Assembly: GCF_001194135.2 (NCBI RefSeq)
Contig: NC_068998.1
Location: 35,011,703-35,075,702 of the forward strand
Length of the DNA stretch: 64,000 bases
Direction: 5' to 3'
DNA from: Octopus bimaculoides
Taxonomy: Eukaryota
The notes beneath the pieces were generated by a model that did not search any database, had not been told where the DNA came from, and was given only the letters and a program-made list of their open reading frames with translations. The translations under genes were made by a program, and so were the position numbers. Positions 27,223-40,395 of the stretch are shown in pieces. How positions within the stretch are numbered: position 1 is the first letter of the stretch; each line of letters begins with the position of its first letter.

Positions 27223-27288
27223 CTCTGCTTGTGAATAAGCAGAAGTGGATTTAATTTGTCCTTCATGCCAAGTAGTTCAAGAAGCATT
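27223..27288 (-). CDS. Candidate 66-nt phase-2 exon (MLLELLGMKDKLNPLLLIHKQ)
   Basis: Acceptor tttcttctgatatgtcctAG and donor AG|GTATAT; only one frame is open; phase is compatible with 14323-14566. Confidence 0.25.
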
Positions 27289-27319
27289 CTAGGACATATC
27301 AGAAGAAAGTATCCCAATT

Positions 27320-28654
27320 AAAAATGGCAAAAACTGTACAGTGCCTTTAAAACTTCACAGCATTTTGTCTGTCTTTATGTTCTGAGTTCAAACTTCACTG
27401 TGGTTGAATTTGCCTTTCATCCTTATGAGGTCAATAAAATAAGTACCAGTTGAAAACAGGGGTCAACGTAATCAACTAACCCCCACCTCCCAAAATTATT
27501 GGCTTTGTGCCTGTAATAGAAAGGGTTATTATTATTATTATTATTATTATTATTTACTTTTAATCTGCATGTGTTTTGCAATCACTTGCCGAGACACACC
27601 CAGCATCCTAGGGTGAATGAAGGATAAGAGATGTTACAGTATGACTGAAAGCTTTTAGAGGGGAAGTGGCAGGGGCAGTAGCAAGATATCGTCTTGTAAT
27701 ACAACACAGACATTTAAATTGATAGGACTTTTCTAAGGATGTCAGCACAATCTTTTGGATTTCTCTGGGACATAGTTCTGTTAAGATATTATCTAATATT
27801 TCTGACATCTCTTTCTTATCATACCTAGGACATCCACAATAACAGGAACTGTTCTCACTTTAAGATGCCACATCTTTTGTATTTCAATTTCCAGGTCTTT
27901 ATATTTACTTAATTTGTCAAATTCTTTTACAGAATTATTATTACTGGGGTGGTGGAGTGGCAAAATCATTAGAGTATTGCAAAAATATGCTTTATGGTAT
28001 TTGTTCTGGCTCTTCACATTCTGGGTTTGAATACAACTGAGGTCAGTTTTGCCTTTTTATCATTTGAGGTTGGTATAATAAACTACTGGCCGAGTACTGG
28101 GCTCAGTGGTATTGACTATCCCTGCTCCTCATAAAATTACTGGCCTTGTGCCAAAATTTGAAGGAATTATCATTATGAAGATGCAAGCTGGCAGAATTGT
28201 TAGCATGTCGGCCAAAATGCTTAGTGACACTTTTTTTAGACTCTTTACGTTCTGAGTTCTATTTCTAGTTCTGGTGAGGTTAACTTTGCCTTTCATACTT
28301 TCAGGGTTGATAAAATTAGTACCAGTCAAACAGTGATACCAATGTAATTGATTCACCCTTTCCCTCAAAATTCTTGGCCTTAGGCCAAAATTAGAAAGAA
28401 TTATTGTTATTATTGGTGGTGGTGATGGTAGTAGTAGTAGTAGTAGTGGTAGTATAATAATACTATTATCCGTGAATGTGAATTTATAAAGCAAACAGAC
28501 CAATTTGTTTCCTTTGCTGTTGTCTCTGCTTTTCATCTTTCCTGCAATTAATAAAATAAGTATTAATCAACTAATGCTTTTGATCTATTTGACAATATTC
28601 CTACACACGCACGCACGCACACACTACATTTAAAGATCTGACTCTATGTTAAAA

Positions 28655-28687
<33 letters not shown>

Positions 28688-29725
28688 TGATGCCAGTGCT
28701 GCCTGACTGGCTTCCATGCTGGTGGCACATAAAAAGCATCATTCGAGCATGGTCGATGCCAGTGTCACCTGACTGGCCCCTGTGCCAGTGGCACGTAAAA
28801 AGCACCCGTTACAGTCTTGGATTGGTTGGTGTTAGGAAGGGCATCCAGCTGTAGAAACTTTGCCAGATCAAATTGGAGCCTGTTGCAGCCTCCTTGGCTT
28901 GCCCAGTCCCCAGTCAAACCATCCAACCCATGCTGAGGTCCACTTTGCCTTTCATCCTTTCAGAGTTAATAAAATAAGTACCAGTTGAGTACTGGGGTCA
29001 ATGTAATTGACTATCTCCCTCCCCCAAATTTCAGGCCTTGTTCCTATAGTAGAAAGGATTATCATTATTGTTATTATTATCATTATTATTATGGCAGCGA
29101 ACTGGCAGAATCATTAGTACGCTGGATGAAAAACTCAGTGGTATTTCACCTATCGCTACATTCTGAGTTCAAATTCCCCTGAGGTCAACTTTGCCTTTTA
29201 TCCTTTTGGGGTCGATAAAATAAGTAACAGTTGAACACTGGGGTCAATGTAATTGACTCCTCCCCTCTCTCAAAATTGCTACCCTTGTGGAAAAATATGA
29301 AAACATTATTATTATTATTACTATTATTATTATCATTATTATTATTATTAACTGGCAGAATCGTTAGCACTCTGGTTGAAATGCGTAGCAGTATTTTACC
29401 CACCGCCATGTTCTGAGTTCAAATGCTGCCAAAGTCGACTTTACCTTTCATCCTTTTGAGGATGATAAATTGAGTACCACTGAAACAAATTTCAGGCCTT
29501 GTTATTATTACTGAGGAAGCAAACTGGTAGAACTATTAGCAAGCTGGCCAAAATACCTTGTGGCATTTCATCTGTCTTTGCATTGAGTTCAAATTCCACC
29601 ATCATCAACTTTTCTTTTCATCGTTTTGCGGTCAATAAAAAAGATACCATCTGAGCACTGAGGTCAATATAATTGATTACTCCCACTCCCCAGAATTTCA
29701 AGCCTTGTGCTTATCATAGCAAGGA
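27320..29725 (+). mobile_element. Tandem cluster of about 7 SINE family C copies, with one RTE-tail copy and a REL-LINE fragment
   Basis: Repeated …ctggcagaat…gagttcaaattc…ctttcatcctt…gataaaataagtaccag…gaaagg(att)n modules near 27320, 27945, 28180, 28935, 29094, 29350 and 29515. Confidence 0.85.
27555..27948 (-). mobile_element. Dong/R4-like REL-endonuclease LINE 3' fragment
   Basis: KEFDKLSKYKDLEIEIQKMWHLKVRTVPVIVDVLG…IQKIVL, ending in a (TAA)n tail. Confidence 0.8.
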
Positions 29726-29729
29726 TTAT

Positions 29730-31375
29730 TCATCATCATCGTCATCATCACTTAACGTCTGTTGTCCATGCTGGCATGGGTTAGACGGTTTGATGGGTCT
29801 GGCATGTTGGAAGGCTGTTCCAGGATCCAGTCTAATTTGGCATGGTTTACTATGGCTAGATGCCCTTCCTAGTGCCAACCACTCTGAGAGTGTGATGGGT
29901 GCTTTTACATGCCACTGGCATGGGGGCCGTGTGTGTGACACCGGTATCTGCCACTACTGCAATTTTGCTTGGCTTGATGGGTCTTCATCTCAAGCATGAC
30001 ATAATGCCAAATGTCTTGGTCATTGCTTCTGTGAGGCTCAACACTCGAAAGGAACTCAGCCACCATGCCTCTTTGAGGCCTGTTTGAATGAACTCAGCCA
30101 CCTCACTCCATGAGGCCCAACATTCAAAAGGAACAGCCATCCCGCCTCCATGAGGCCCACTTGAAAGGAACTCAGCCACTTCCCCTCCATCAGGACCAAC
30201 ACTCAAAAGGAACTCAGCCACTTTGCCTCCGTCAGGTCCAGTGCTTGAAAGGTACTCAGCCACTTTGCCTCCATGAAGCCTGACATTCAAAGGTCAATTT
30301 TTTTTTTTACGTACCACCAGCACAGGTGCACTTGGCTTGATGGGTCCTCTTAAGCAGAGCACATCACCAAAGGTCTCGGTCACTAGTCATTGCCTCTGTG
30401 AAGTTCTAAGTTCGAAGGTCAAGTTTCACCACCTCTTCCTATGTCTTCCTGGGTCTACCTCTACCACAGGTTCCCTCCACAGTTAAAGATCAGCACTTCT
30501 TTACACAACTGTCCTCGTCCATACACATCACATGACCATACCAGCACAGTCGTCTCTCTTATACAGCACATCTGATTCCTCTTATGCCTAACTTTTCTCT
30601 CAAGATGCTTACACACTATTAAACATGTACACTGACATTGCACATCCAATGAAGCATACTGGTTTCATTTCTCTGAAGCCTATGCATGTCCTCGACTGTC
30701 ATAACCCATGTTTCACTGCCATGCAGCATAGCTGTTTGCACACAGGCATCAAGCAATCTGCTTTTCACTCTGAGAGAGAGGCCCTTTGCTGCCAGCAGGG
30801 GTAGGAACTCTTTGAACTTTTCCCAGCGTAATCTTAATCTCACAGCTATGCTTTCAGAACAACCACCTGCACTACTAACCTGGTCGCTTAGTTACCAGAA
30901 GCTATCTACTATCTCTAGCTTGTCCTCCTGGCAGTTGACGGAGTCTATTTTCTGCACATGTTCAGCATTTATTATGCCTGTGCATCTTCCACATATTAAA
31001 GTTAGTTTCCCTGTTAACCCTTCTTCAGTGTTGTTGTACCTTTTGTGTGTTCAAAGCTTACATTGGATGCATCTTATGGAGTTTCTACCTACACCTTTTC
31101 TACAGATTGAGCTGGGTCATCTACCTAAGGGGATGTGTGATTTGTCTGCCTTCCTACTTACTATGACTTTTGTTTTTGCTAGGTTAACTCTAAGGCCATT
31201 TGATTCTAGACCTTGCTTCTATACCTGGAACTTCTTCTCTAGCTCAGGTAGTGATTCAGCTATAAGAGCAAGTTCATCAGCATAGAAGAGCTCCCAGGGT
31301 CAACCTGTCTTAAATTCTTGTTATTGCCTGGAGGACTATGATGAACAAGAGGGGGTTTAGCACCGATCCTTGGTG
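29730..31375 (-). mobile_element. 5'-truncated RTE LINE copy
   Basis: Starts at HQGSVLNPLLFIIVLQAIT, includes AMLHGSETW and GRGRPRKT; 3' UTR carries an expanded repeat and a (GAT)n tail. Confidence 0.92.
30030..30295 (-). repeat. ~37-42-bp tandem repeat (about 6.5 units) in the RTE 3' UTR
   Basis: Plus-strand unit tgaggcccaacactcgaaaggaactcagccactttgcctcc(a/g). Confidence 0.85.
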
Positions 31376-31420
<45 letters not shown>

Positions 31421-32330
31421 ATGTTTCAATAGTCTTGTATGTTTTCATTGTACAACTGAGGACATCTTTCTGTACCTTAGATGTGTACAGTGTTTTGTTT
31501 TCTTTCAGTTTTTGTGTTGAAAGTATGTGTGTAATATCTATTAATGCTATATTTTTTGCATTATCCATATTTGAAAGTGAGTAAGCATTTCATCGACCCA
31601 TGTAAGCTGTGTTGGGCTTTGACTTAAATATTTTCATCATTTCCAACACAAGTTCTGGATAGTTCTGTTTCCAGCTCTTTGTGTTTGGAAAATGCTCTTT
31701 TTAATATTTTTTTTTATTTTTACAGAAACATATTGTTGTACATGGAATTGATACATTTATTTGGAGAAATTACTTTACTGGCAGTCTTTGCCAATAATCA
31801 GTGGAATTTACCTTAATCTCCTTGTCTATGTGAACTTGCATGTCCCAGCATATAGTCACTTTCTTATTCACTGAGAGCTTTTGCGTTGTGTCTTTGTGAT
31901 GTCGTCTTTTTCTTGCTATTCGATAAGTATGGTTTCCTTTGTATTAAATCTGATTTATTGATAAATGTTTTTCACTGAGAAAATTCATTCAAACTGGTGA
32001 GCTTTTGCTTGGAAAGGATGAAACTAACATCAGTTTTAGAGTTACAGGCCATAAAGCCAGGACCCATCTCCAAGCAACAACTAGAGATGGGATCTAGCTA
32101 TAGATGAAGGAAGATCTTTAAGTAGATTTGAACTGTTATGCTATGCTTTACATTGAACACTAATAGAAATGATAGGTGAAAAGAAAATCCTTTCCAAAAT
32201 ACAATATGGAATAAAACACTTTAACTGATTTAATCCATAATCTTAACTTGAAACTGAACATTAAATGATTATTTCAACCCCAAAAGGAAAAGTAGAAAGC
32301 ATATTCTACTTGAGAACTTATACAAGGAAA
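31376..32330 (-). mobile_element. Highly decayed Dong/R4-like LINE 3' fragment
   Basis: NKKVTICWDMQVHIDKEIKVN resembles ILWDxxIHTDxxIxxNRPD; ends in a (TAA)n tail at 31376-31420. The 5' boundary is uncertain. Confidence 0.65.
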
Positions 32331-33904
32331 ATAATGTCATGTGACTGACACAAAAATTTTATGATTCTGTTGTACCTGTTCATATACTACTGGTTTGGCT
32401 AGAACTGGGTCACAGTAAACAATATGATTGATATTTTCTTTATAACCTACTAAATATATCTTAGTTATTTTTTATACCTGCTTCATTAAAGTTGTATGTA
32501 GTTTCTGGTGTGAAGGCTTTTGTCTTATGCTTGAAACAAAATCAATCTTGTCTCAGTTATCAATCCTGGGCTTCTCGGCAGTGCAGAGATTTTTATTTAT
32601 TCATTTTTATTTTGACAAATGTTATTGGCTATATGTGATTTTTATCTTTTTTGCCAGTTCAGCATGGCATTTTATACTCTTGTTAGTTTCTTAAATATTT
32701 TTTGTTATTATTTCTCCATCTTCACAATTATTTGTGAAATCAGTTTTCTTTATATATTTTCTGTTATCTTCATATAAAAAAACATTTTTCTTTTCCTTTT
32801 TTGTTTCCATCATTTTAGCTATTTTTTCTATTAGTATTCTTTTATTCTTTCATACATTTTTTTCAGTCTTGCCGTAAATATTTTATGATAGCTTATTTGT
32901 CAACATATAATCTTTCACTCTTGGCGTTTTGGTTATGCATTTTAATGCTGTTATCACTTTCCTCGTTTTCTAGTCTTGCCAATACACTTAACTTTCAGTT
33001 GAGAATACCATAACTGTAACTTATTACTGAAACAGATCTGATATTAATAGCTATTATTTTATTTTTAGTATTCAATTTAGTTTTAAGTATTAATCTAATA
33101 TGTTTGTCATTAGTCAAATTCTCTTATCTGGTCACTGAAAGAGACCAACTGAACATCCTATTGTGGAGGATTTTAACCAATGGACTATAGAGAATGTCTA
33201 GAAATCCCAGACATCGCTAAGCTGCTGCAAAGGATGGGAAACATTACCATTACAGGATAAATTCTGCTGTCCAAGATGTTTGCTGAGCAATGAAGCCATT
33301 CTGCACACATTTCTTCAGTTCTGCTTCTTAGACCTGGTGAGGCTCATACTACCCCACTCACATCTTCCCAGCCATCTTGTCTCTCCTCCTCTAATCACCT
33401 TTGATGTGTATTGTTGCTACCCCTACCATGCCACATACTAATCACTATGCTCAGTGTTTCCCTTCATCTATGGACCACTCCCCTCCCACCACCACCATTC
33501 ATGCCTCCTCACAAGTATTGCCTAGCAGAGCATTAATGGCATCGATCTCAGTCAAATGAGAAGAGCTTATAAAAACCATGGGTGCTACCCCTTCTTATAA
33601 ATGCAGTGAATAAAAGAATTTGTTCTTCCACCTTCAGGTGTTGTCCTGTGTAGGATGAATTTGCCCATCAGTCAATCCATTGTGAGGATCTACTCAGTGC
33701 TTTCTTTTTCTTTTTTACCCAGGAAGGGCAAGTAGTTTTCTTTTGCTTGGTACCTGTAGCCGAAGAAATTTTAAGATGGACAAGATCGATAGGACTGAGG
33801 ATAACCCGCTTTGCATTAGCTCTCATTGATATTTTCCAGTTCCACTTGGAGAAGAACGTAACATGAGAATGACATAATGTCCTGTAAACGTGTGGAAAGA
33901 TTGT

Positions 33905-34210
33905 CATCATCACTTAGCGTCTGTTTTCCATGCTGGCATGGGTAAGACTGTTTGACTAGAGCTGGTAAGCTGTAGAGCTGCAAAAGGTTCCAGTCTGTTC
34001 TGGCTTGGTTTCTATGGCTGGATTCCTTTCCTAATGCCAACCACTCTGCAGAGTGTACTGTGTGCTTTTCACATGTCACCAATATGGGCACCTCTCACAT
34101 GTCACTGGCATGGGTGCCTCTCACATGTCACCAGCATGGATACCTTTTGCATGTCACTGGCACTGGGCATGACTACAATTTCACTTAGCTTGACATGTCT
34201 TCTCAAGCAC
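33905..34210 (-). mobile_element. RTE 3'-end derivative
   Basis: Reverse-complemented RTE tail. Confidence 0.75.
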
Positions 34211-34289
34211 AGTTTTTATGCTAAGATAACTGTACAAAATTATCACAGGCAGTCAAGAATCCTGATGATAGTGCAAAATTATAAAAAGA

Positions 34290-34800
34290 CAAGTGGGCTG
34301 GAGGAAACAACATAGTTCAATGCTGAAAAATGTCAAGTGCTTTACCATCAGCCCACAAGCAGATTGTAATCAAAATACACAGGATCATAGTGCATTGCAA
34401 TCTCAAAGTCACAATCAGTGTGTATGATCTGAGAATCCAAATGAATAATGATACACCATTCTATGTGCATGTAACTAAGATGGCTACGATATGCAGGTGA
34501 TTTGTTGGTTGGATTCTGAGATCATTAAGAACTAGGGGAAAAAAAAAACATTTGTTCTGTAACAGACATTATTCTCAGTCACCTGGACAATCACTTCCAA
34601 TTATAGTCAACACATAACATTCAGCAAACAGCAGAGCTTGAGGCAATCCAGCCAAAAAAAAAAATTGCTTCTATTGAACAAATGAGCCACTGGAAGAAGC
34701 TAAAACAATGAGGCTCTATTTACTAAAGTTAAGATATGAAAGTTATCCAGTAATATAGAAATTGAAGATCCTGGATGTTCTAGCACTTAAATTTGGGATT
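34290..34800 (+). mobile_element. CR1/L2-like LINE RT C-terminal fragment
   Basis: KWAGGNNI*FNAEKCQVL and DLRIQMNNDTPF…VGWILRSLRTRG resemble WxxxNxMxFNxxKC / DLGI…WILRTFxxR. Confidence 0.7.
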
Positions 34801-35096
34801 GAAAGCTATATCAACCCTTGAATTGGATTCTCAGATCACACACAATAATTGTGACTTTGAGATTGCAATGCACACTGATCAAGTGCATTTTGATTGCAAT
34901 CTGTTTGTAGGCTGATAGTCAAGCACTTGGCATTTTTAATATATGAAAATTTACTTAATTTATGAAAATCTTTCTTCAAATATTATGACAGTATCAAGAA
35001 TTCTTTCTAAAAGAATTTACATCTATCTATCTATCTATCTGTTTATCTGTCTGTCTGTCTGTCTGTCCATCTATCCCTCCATCTACACACACACGT

Positions 35097-35129
<33 letters not shown>

Positions 35130-35130
<1 letters not shown>

Positions 35131-35390
35131 CATCATCATCATCATCCTTTCATCCTTTAATGTTTGTTTTCCATGCTGGAATGGGTTGGCTGGTTTGACC
35201 AGAGCTGGCAAGCAGAAGAGCTGTACCTGGTTCCTGTATGTTTTGGCTTGATTTCTACAGCTGGATACCCTTCCTAATGCCAACCACTTTATAGTGTGTG
35301 CTGAGTGCTTTTAACATGGAACCAGCATGAAGGCTTTTACATGGTGCTAGAATGAGAGTTTTTCTTACATGGCATCGACAGAGGACTCTC
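35130..35390 (-). mobile_element. RTE 3'-end derivative
   Basis: (ATC)n followed by the reverse-complemented tail. Confidence 0.75.
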
Positions 35391-35477
35391 GCAGGTCATT
35401 CCTCTATACCAGGGGAAGCACCCTTAACACTTCTGCTGTAGAGGATGGTTTTTCTTGAGTACATATACATGTGTGTA

Positions 35478-35810
35478 TGAAGGCACGTGGCCTAATGGTT
35501 AGGCTGTTGTACTCATGATTACTAGATTGTGGGTTTGATTCCCTGGCTCGGCAGCACATTGTGTTCTTGAGCAAAACACATAATTTTGCATCACTCCAGT
35601 CCCCCTCTGATCAGGGGGTGGGATTGTTGGCCCCTTCACCTTGCCAGTGAAGTGGCATCATTTGAAGGCTAAAACAATGCAAAAGTGGATTGTGACCAGC
35701 AGTGTGTAACAACATATGATAGATTGGCCCATCACATAATACACACACACACAGATAGATGTATTAATATAATGTATGTATTTGTGTTGTTTTCAAATCT
35801 TTCACCAATA
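35478..35810 (+). mobile_element. tRNA-derived SINE (family B)
   Basis: Head ggcacgtggcctaatggttagg…gggtttgattccc; a related copy lies at ~38800-39010. Confidence 0.65.
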
Positions 35811-35901
35811 CAGAAAGAGCTGGTTTCTATCCCAGAAGCAAAACTTTTTCATTGGAGATCAGAATATATCAGTGGGGAAGTCATGTATGCGTATTTGCAT
35901 G

Positions 35902-35944
<43 letters not shown>

Positions 35945-36011
35945 CACACACACTCACTCACTCACACACAGATAATCAAGCAATTGGATTGACAGATATT
36001 GACTGTTGGCA

Positions 36012-36240
36012 AGCGAGCTGGCAGAAACGTTAGCACGCCGGGCAAAGTGCTGGGCGGTATTTCGTCTGCTGCTACGTTTTGAGTTCAAATTCCGCCAAGG
36101 TCGACTTTGACTTTCATCCTTTCGGGGTCAATTCAATAAGTACCAGTTATGCACTGGGGTAAATATAATCGACTTAAGCCGTTTGTCTGTCCTTGTTTGT
36201 CCCCTCTGTGTGTAGACCCTTGTGATCAGTAAAGAAATAA
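36012..36240 (+). mobile_element. SINE family C, well preserved
   Basis: gcgagctggcagaaacgttagc…gagttcaaattccgcc…tttcatcctttcggggtc…taagtaccag. Confidence 0.85.
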
Positions 36241-36439
36241 GATATTGACTGTTGGACAACTCTAAGTAGGATTCTTGTAATCTAAATATATTTTCATCTT
36301 GTCGTACTTGTTCCTCTCAGTTTTTCTCAATTGTATGGTGTTAATCAAATGCTCTTTTACACACTCTAACAGCATCACTACTAGAAATTAGACAACAATC
36401 AATTATTGCTGCTTTGCTAACGTAGACGTATGATCTCAG

Positions 36440-36627
36440 TATATATTTTCAAAAGAGATTAGGTGAGAAACAAACACCAGGATGAAAAGATAAACAAAGA
36501 GAGGGGGAGCGAGGGAGAGAGAGTGTATATGTATAATGTTGCATGTGTGAGAAAGAGACAAAAATGAAGAACAAATGTGTGAAGGAAAGAGAGGTTGTGT
36601 GAGTGAGACAGAGAAAAACAAATGAAT

Positions 36628-36670
<43 letters not shown>

Positions 36671-36900
36671 TGTTGTGTGTGTGTGTGTGATGGAAAAAAC
36701 AAAAGTACTGAGTGATAAAGGGAGAGAGAGAGTGAGAGAGAGAGTTGTGTATGAGTGAGATGGAAAAAAATAAAGCATAAGGTGAAAGAAAGATTGTGTG
36801 TGAATGAGGTGAAGAAAGAGAAAAGAATAAAGAGAGAAAGATGTTGTGTGTGAGTGAGAAGGAGACATACAAAATAAAAGAGAAAGATTTCTTTGATCAT
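36440..36900. repeat. GA/GT-rich low-complexity tract
   Basis: Mixed (GA)n and (GT)n runs. Confidence 0.9.
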
Positions 36901-38438
36901 TTTCTTAGTTTTACTGAAATCTGTTAACATCACTATTTGAAAGGCATACATGTCTTTAACCTATCATCTATTATAGAAATACTTGCTTAAGGATATGTAT
37001 ACTGTGGAGATTAGGTTATTCTTCACTCTCTCTTTGTAAAATAATTGTTCAAGTGTTGTTGTGATTTCTTTTGTTCATTGTTTTGATTTTATTATTTTTT
37101 TTTTTTATTCCTTTCAGAAGTCATTCTCCTGTTCTTTCTATCTTCTATGACATTTTGCATTTTTTTCTTATCCTTCTCTAATTGTTGTTTAAATTATGTA
37201 TAGAAAGTTAGGGTTGGACAGTGATGCAAATATCTGAAAAGTTTTATACCATAGCTTCCAAATTCTAACTGAAATAATTCAACTTTGAAGTCATGAGTTA
37301 TTAACAAGAGACGTTTCCTTAAAAATAGTTATCAGTCAGCTGAGAATTGTAAATTAGAGCTCACATGTTACTGTAGCAAGCATCACATTTCATGTGATAT
37401 GGTGAAGAAAAAGAAAAAGAAGTATTATTAGTCATTGATTAAAATTATTTTTCAGCAAGTATCAGAGACAACTCTGGTATGTTTCCGCCTAATTTGATCT
37501 CATCAGCAAAACACAGATTTTACTATTTGTGCCCAAATATTGATGAAACCTGTCATCTAAATGGCAAATTCTATTCAGTGGNNNNNNNNNNGGGGGGGAA
37601 GCCAAACACATTAAACATCTGATTTTGAAAATCATAATTAATTAAATTCTTATAAATAGTAAGTGCTGTCTGTGGTAAATCATGGATGGAATGTCTTTGA
37701 TCGTAGTTCTGCTGGATGGATCTGATCTGGGTTAAGCAACAAAGCAGCTTGTATATAGTCGTCTGGCCTTCCTAAAATGGCAGGTAAATTCACAAAAAAT
37801 CTAACCCCTACTCTCTTAGATGGAAACTGTATAAAGTAGTAGTCTCTGATATACAAAATAGGATGGTCAGTGCTGGAATGACTTTGATCATAAGTCTGTT
37901 TGATCAATACTAACCTGGGGCTAAACAGTAGGTACAACAACAACAACAGCATTTTATTCTCTGTCCTTTTATTAAAACTAGCCACTCAACTGTGACCATA
38001 GATTCTCAACTAGTTTGAAGGCATCAGAGTGAGGAATCATTAAGCAATCATGCTCTAGTACACACGCACACACACACACACACACACATTGCAATGTTGA
38101 CTTGATTAGTTTGTCTGGGTAATTAATTGCAGTCTATGCTAATTTTTCATGCCTACTCGTGTGCACTAGTGTATAACGACATAGTGATTCAGTCATCACA
38201 ACTTCAGCAACTACATGAAGTGTATTCTTTGCTGAGGAGGTCTATTCAAGATCAAGGCCTATCTACAGTTATTTCCTATACTTACTGAAATAATTAGAAT
38301 AATATTATTAACCATTTTGGTGACATCATCACCTTTTAAGTACAGCATGAAGTATGTTCACACTTACGTAAATTGTTTTTCAAGTGGATAACAACTGTAG
38401 AACTAAATCCTCTTACTTTTGTTTTTTTTTTAATTTAA

Positions 38439-38660
38439 CCTTTAGCATTCAGAATACTTGGTTAAGTGCAGTGTTTATTTATTCACATTGTTTTGAATTA
38501 ATGATGCATTTTCACATAGCTTCAAGATTTCAATAATGTGATTGTTGTTTATTTTTAGAATGACATTGTTGGGTAGGTGTCAAAGGTTGGATCTGGTCAG
38601 TCTACATATAAAACAAGAAGAATATTTGAGCCAGATATGGCTGGTTTAAATGCTAAAAGA
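38439..38660. mobile_element. piggyBac-type MITE (TTAA TSD)
   Basis: TTAA|cctttagcatt … aatgctaaaaga|TTAA. Confidence 0.7.
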
Positions 38661-40395
38661 TTAAACTGGTGATTTATTAGGTCTTTGATATCTCTCCTTC
38701 ACTTTAATGCTACCCATCAGCTTCTCTGCTCTAGAAATGCTCCTTCTCTTAAACATAACATTTGACCTTTTATTTTCAATGGAGCTGTGTAAAACATTTG
38801 AGTGGAGGCATGTGGCTCAGTGGTTAGTGTATTCGGCTCAAGACCATATGGTCGTGAATTTGATTCCAGGTAGTGCATTGTGTCCTTGAGACTGGCACTT
38901 TATTTATTATTGCTTCAGTCCACTTATTTAGCAAAAATGAGTTGTAACTGCAATTCAAAGGGCCAACCTTATTACACTGTGTCACACTGAATCTCCGTGA
39001 GAACTACAATAAGGGAGTTTTTCCTTCTCATTTATTGGTTATTGATCTTATCAATCAAACTTCTTAGCAGAATTTGTTTTTGTAGTTCTCTTTGACTGAC
39101 TCTGTCTTTCCATCCCTCTTTTTTTTTTCCATATCTTTATATTTTTAGTTTTTTGTCTATCATCCACACACACACACACACACTTGCATCTATATGTTAA
39201 TTTTTTTTCTATTTAAATATCTTTTAATGTAATTAGCTGAGCACTGTGAACAAACTCATTATTTTAAAGGTTAATCTCCCCAAGTCTTACAAAGGGCAGC
39301 TTAGTGCAGGCTATCATACTTGATGTAGGTAACCTTTGTGTGTGTGCATGTGCATATGTATGTATGCATGTTCCACATTGTCACTGTTTTGCCCCTTCAG
39401 GGTGAAAATTGTTAAGATTTGTTCTTTTCAACTTCTGATAAAAAAAAACTTAGAATATTGTATGCCCACCAGGCAATGCAATAAACAAGAAAAAATTACC
39501 AATAAAAAAAGAAAAAAATCATTTAATTAGATAAATTAAATAGTATTTTGAAAAACAAATAATTATGTTATTTAAGTAAAAATGTAAGAGTACAAATTTA
39601 ATTTAAGTTCATTCTCAGACAAAGTTGAGATTGTTAGTTTCTTTTTAAAGTAATATATCAAAAATATAGTAATTCAGATTATTATATTTGTTTTAGCTAT
39701 TCATAAACCCTGAGCAAAGTTGAGTACTATGTCTAGTTTTGAAGTAACTGAGAAAACATTCATTAATGTTACTAGAAGTTTCTTCTCAGAAGGAGCCAAA
39801 AAAACCCCCTGAAAATTTTGATTTACAAACATTTAATTTTCGTGGGGAAATGAATGACCATGTAGATCTTATTCTGGTTTTTGCTAAGTATTATGACAAC
39901 TCTAGATATGTTTAGTTACCTTGAAAATTAAATTGATACAAACTAGGTAGGTTCTTCATTTTGACAGACAATATTCCTTTTGCAATTTTGTGCTGACAAA
40001 CACAACTGTAGCTGTGATTCAAAACTGAACTGCTAGGTAACTGGCCATGCATCACAACCAAATCACAGTAGCTTCAAGCAATTTGTCTAATAAGCGACTA
40101 ATCAACATCAAGCCAACATGTGATTCAATCTTCTAGAATCTTCTTGTGTCTTATAAAAAGGCTATTTTTGATGGTAATTGTGGAATGTTGAGGCAACTGT
40201 GTCTTCCTTCTTGTCATGAATATAGCACAGTTATTTCTACTTAGGCTGGGATAGCTACATGTTTCTGTATCACTAAGCTGGCTGTAAACTCCAAGTTGTC
40301 CATCTCACCTAGTATGTAATTAGTGCTGTTTTTTTTTTTTTTGTAAAAGGCCAAAACAGTTTAACACTTTGTGAAATAATAAAAGCTTCTGTTAA

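Noticed and set aside
37450-37520. Minus-strand CTGATGA…GAAAC hammerhead-like motif
   Set aside because: Stems I and II do not pair.
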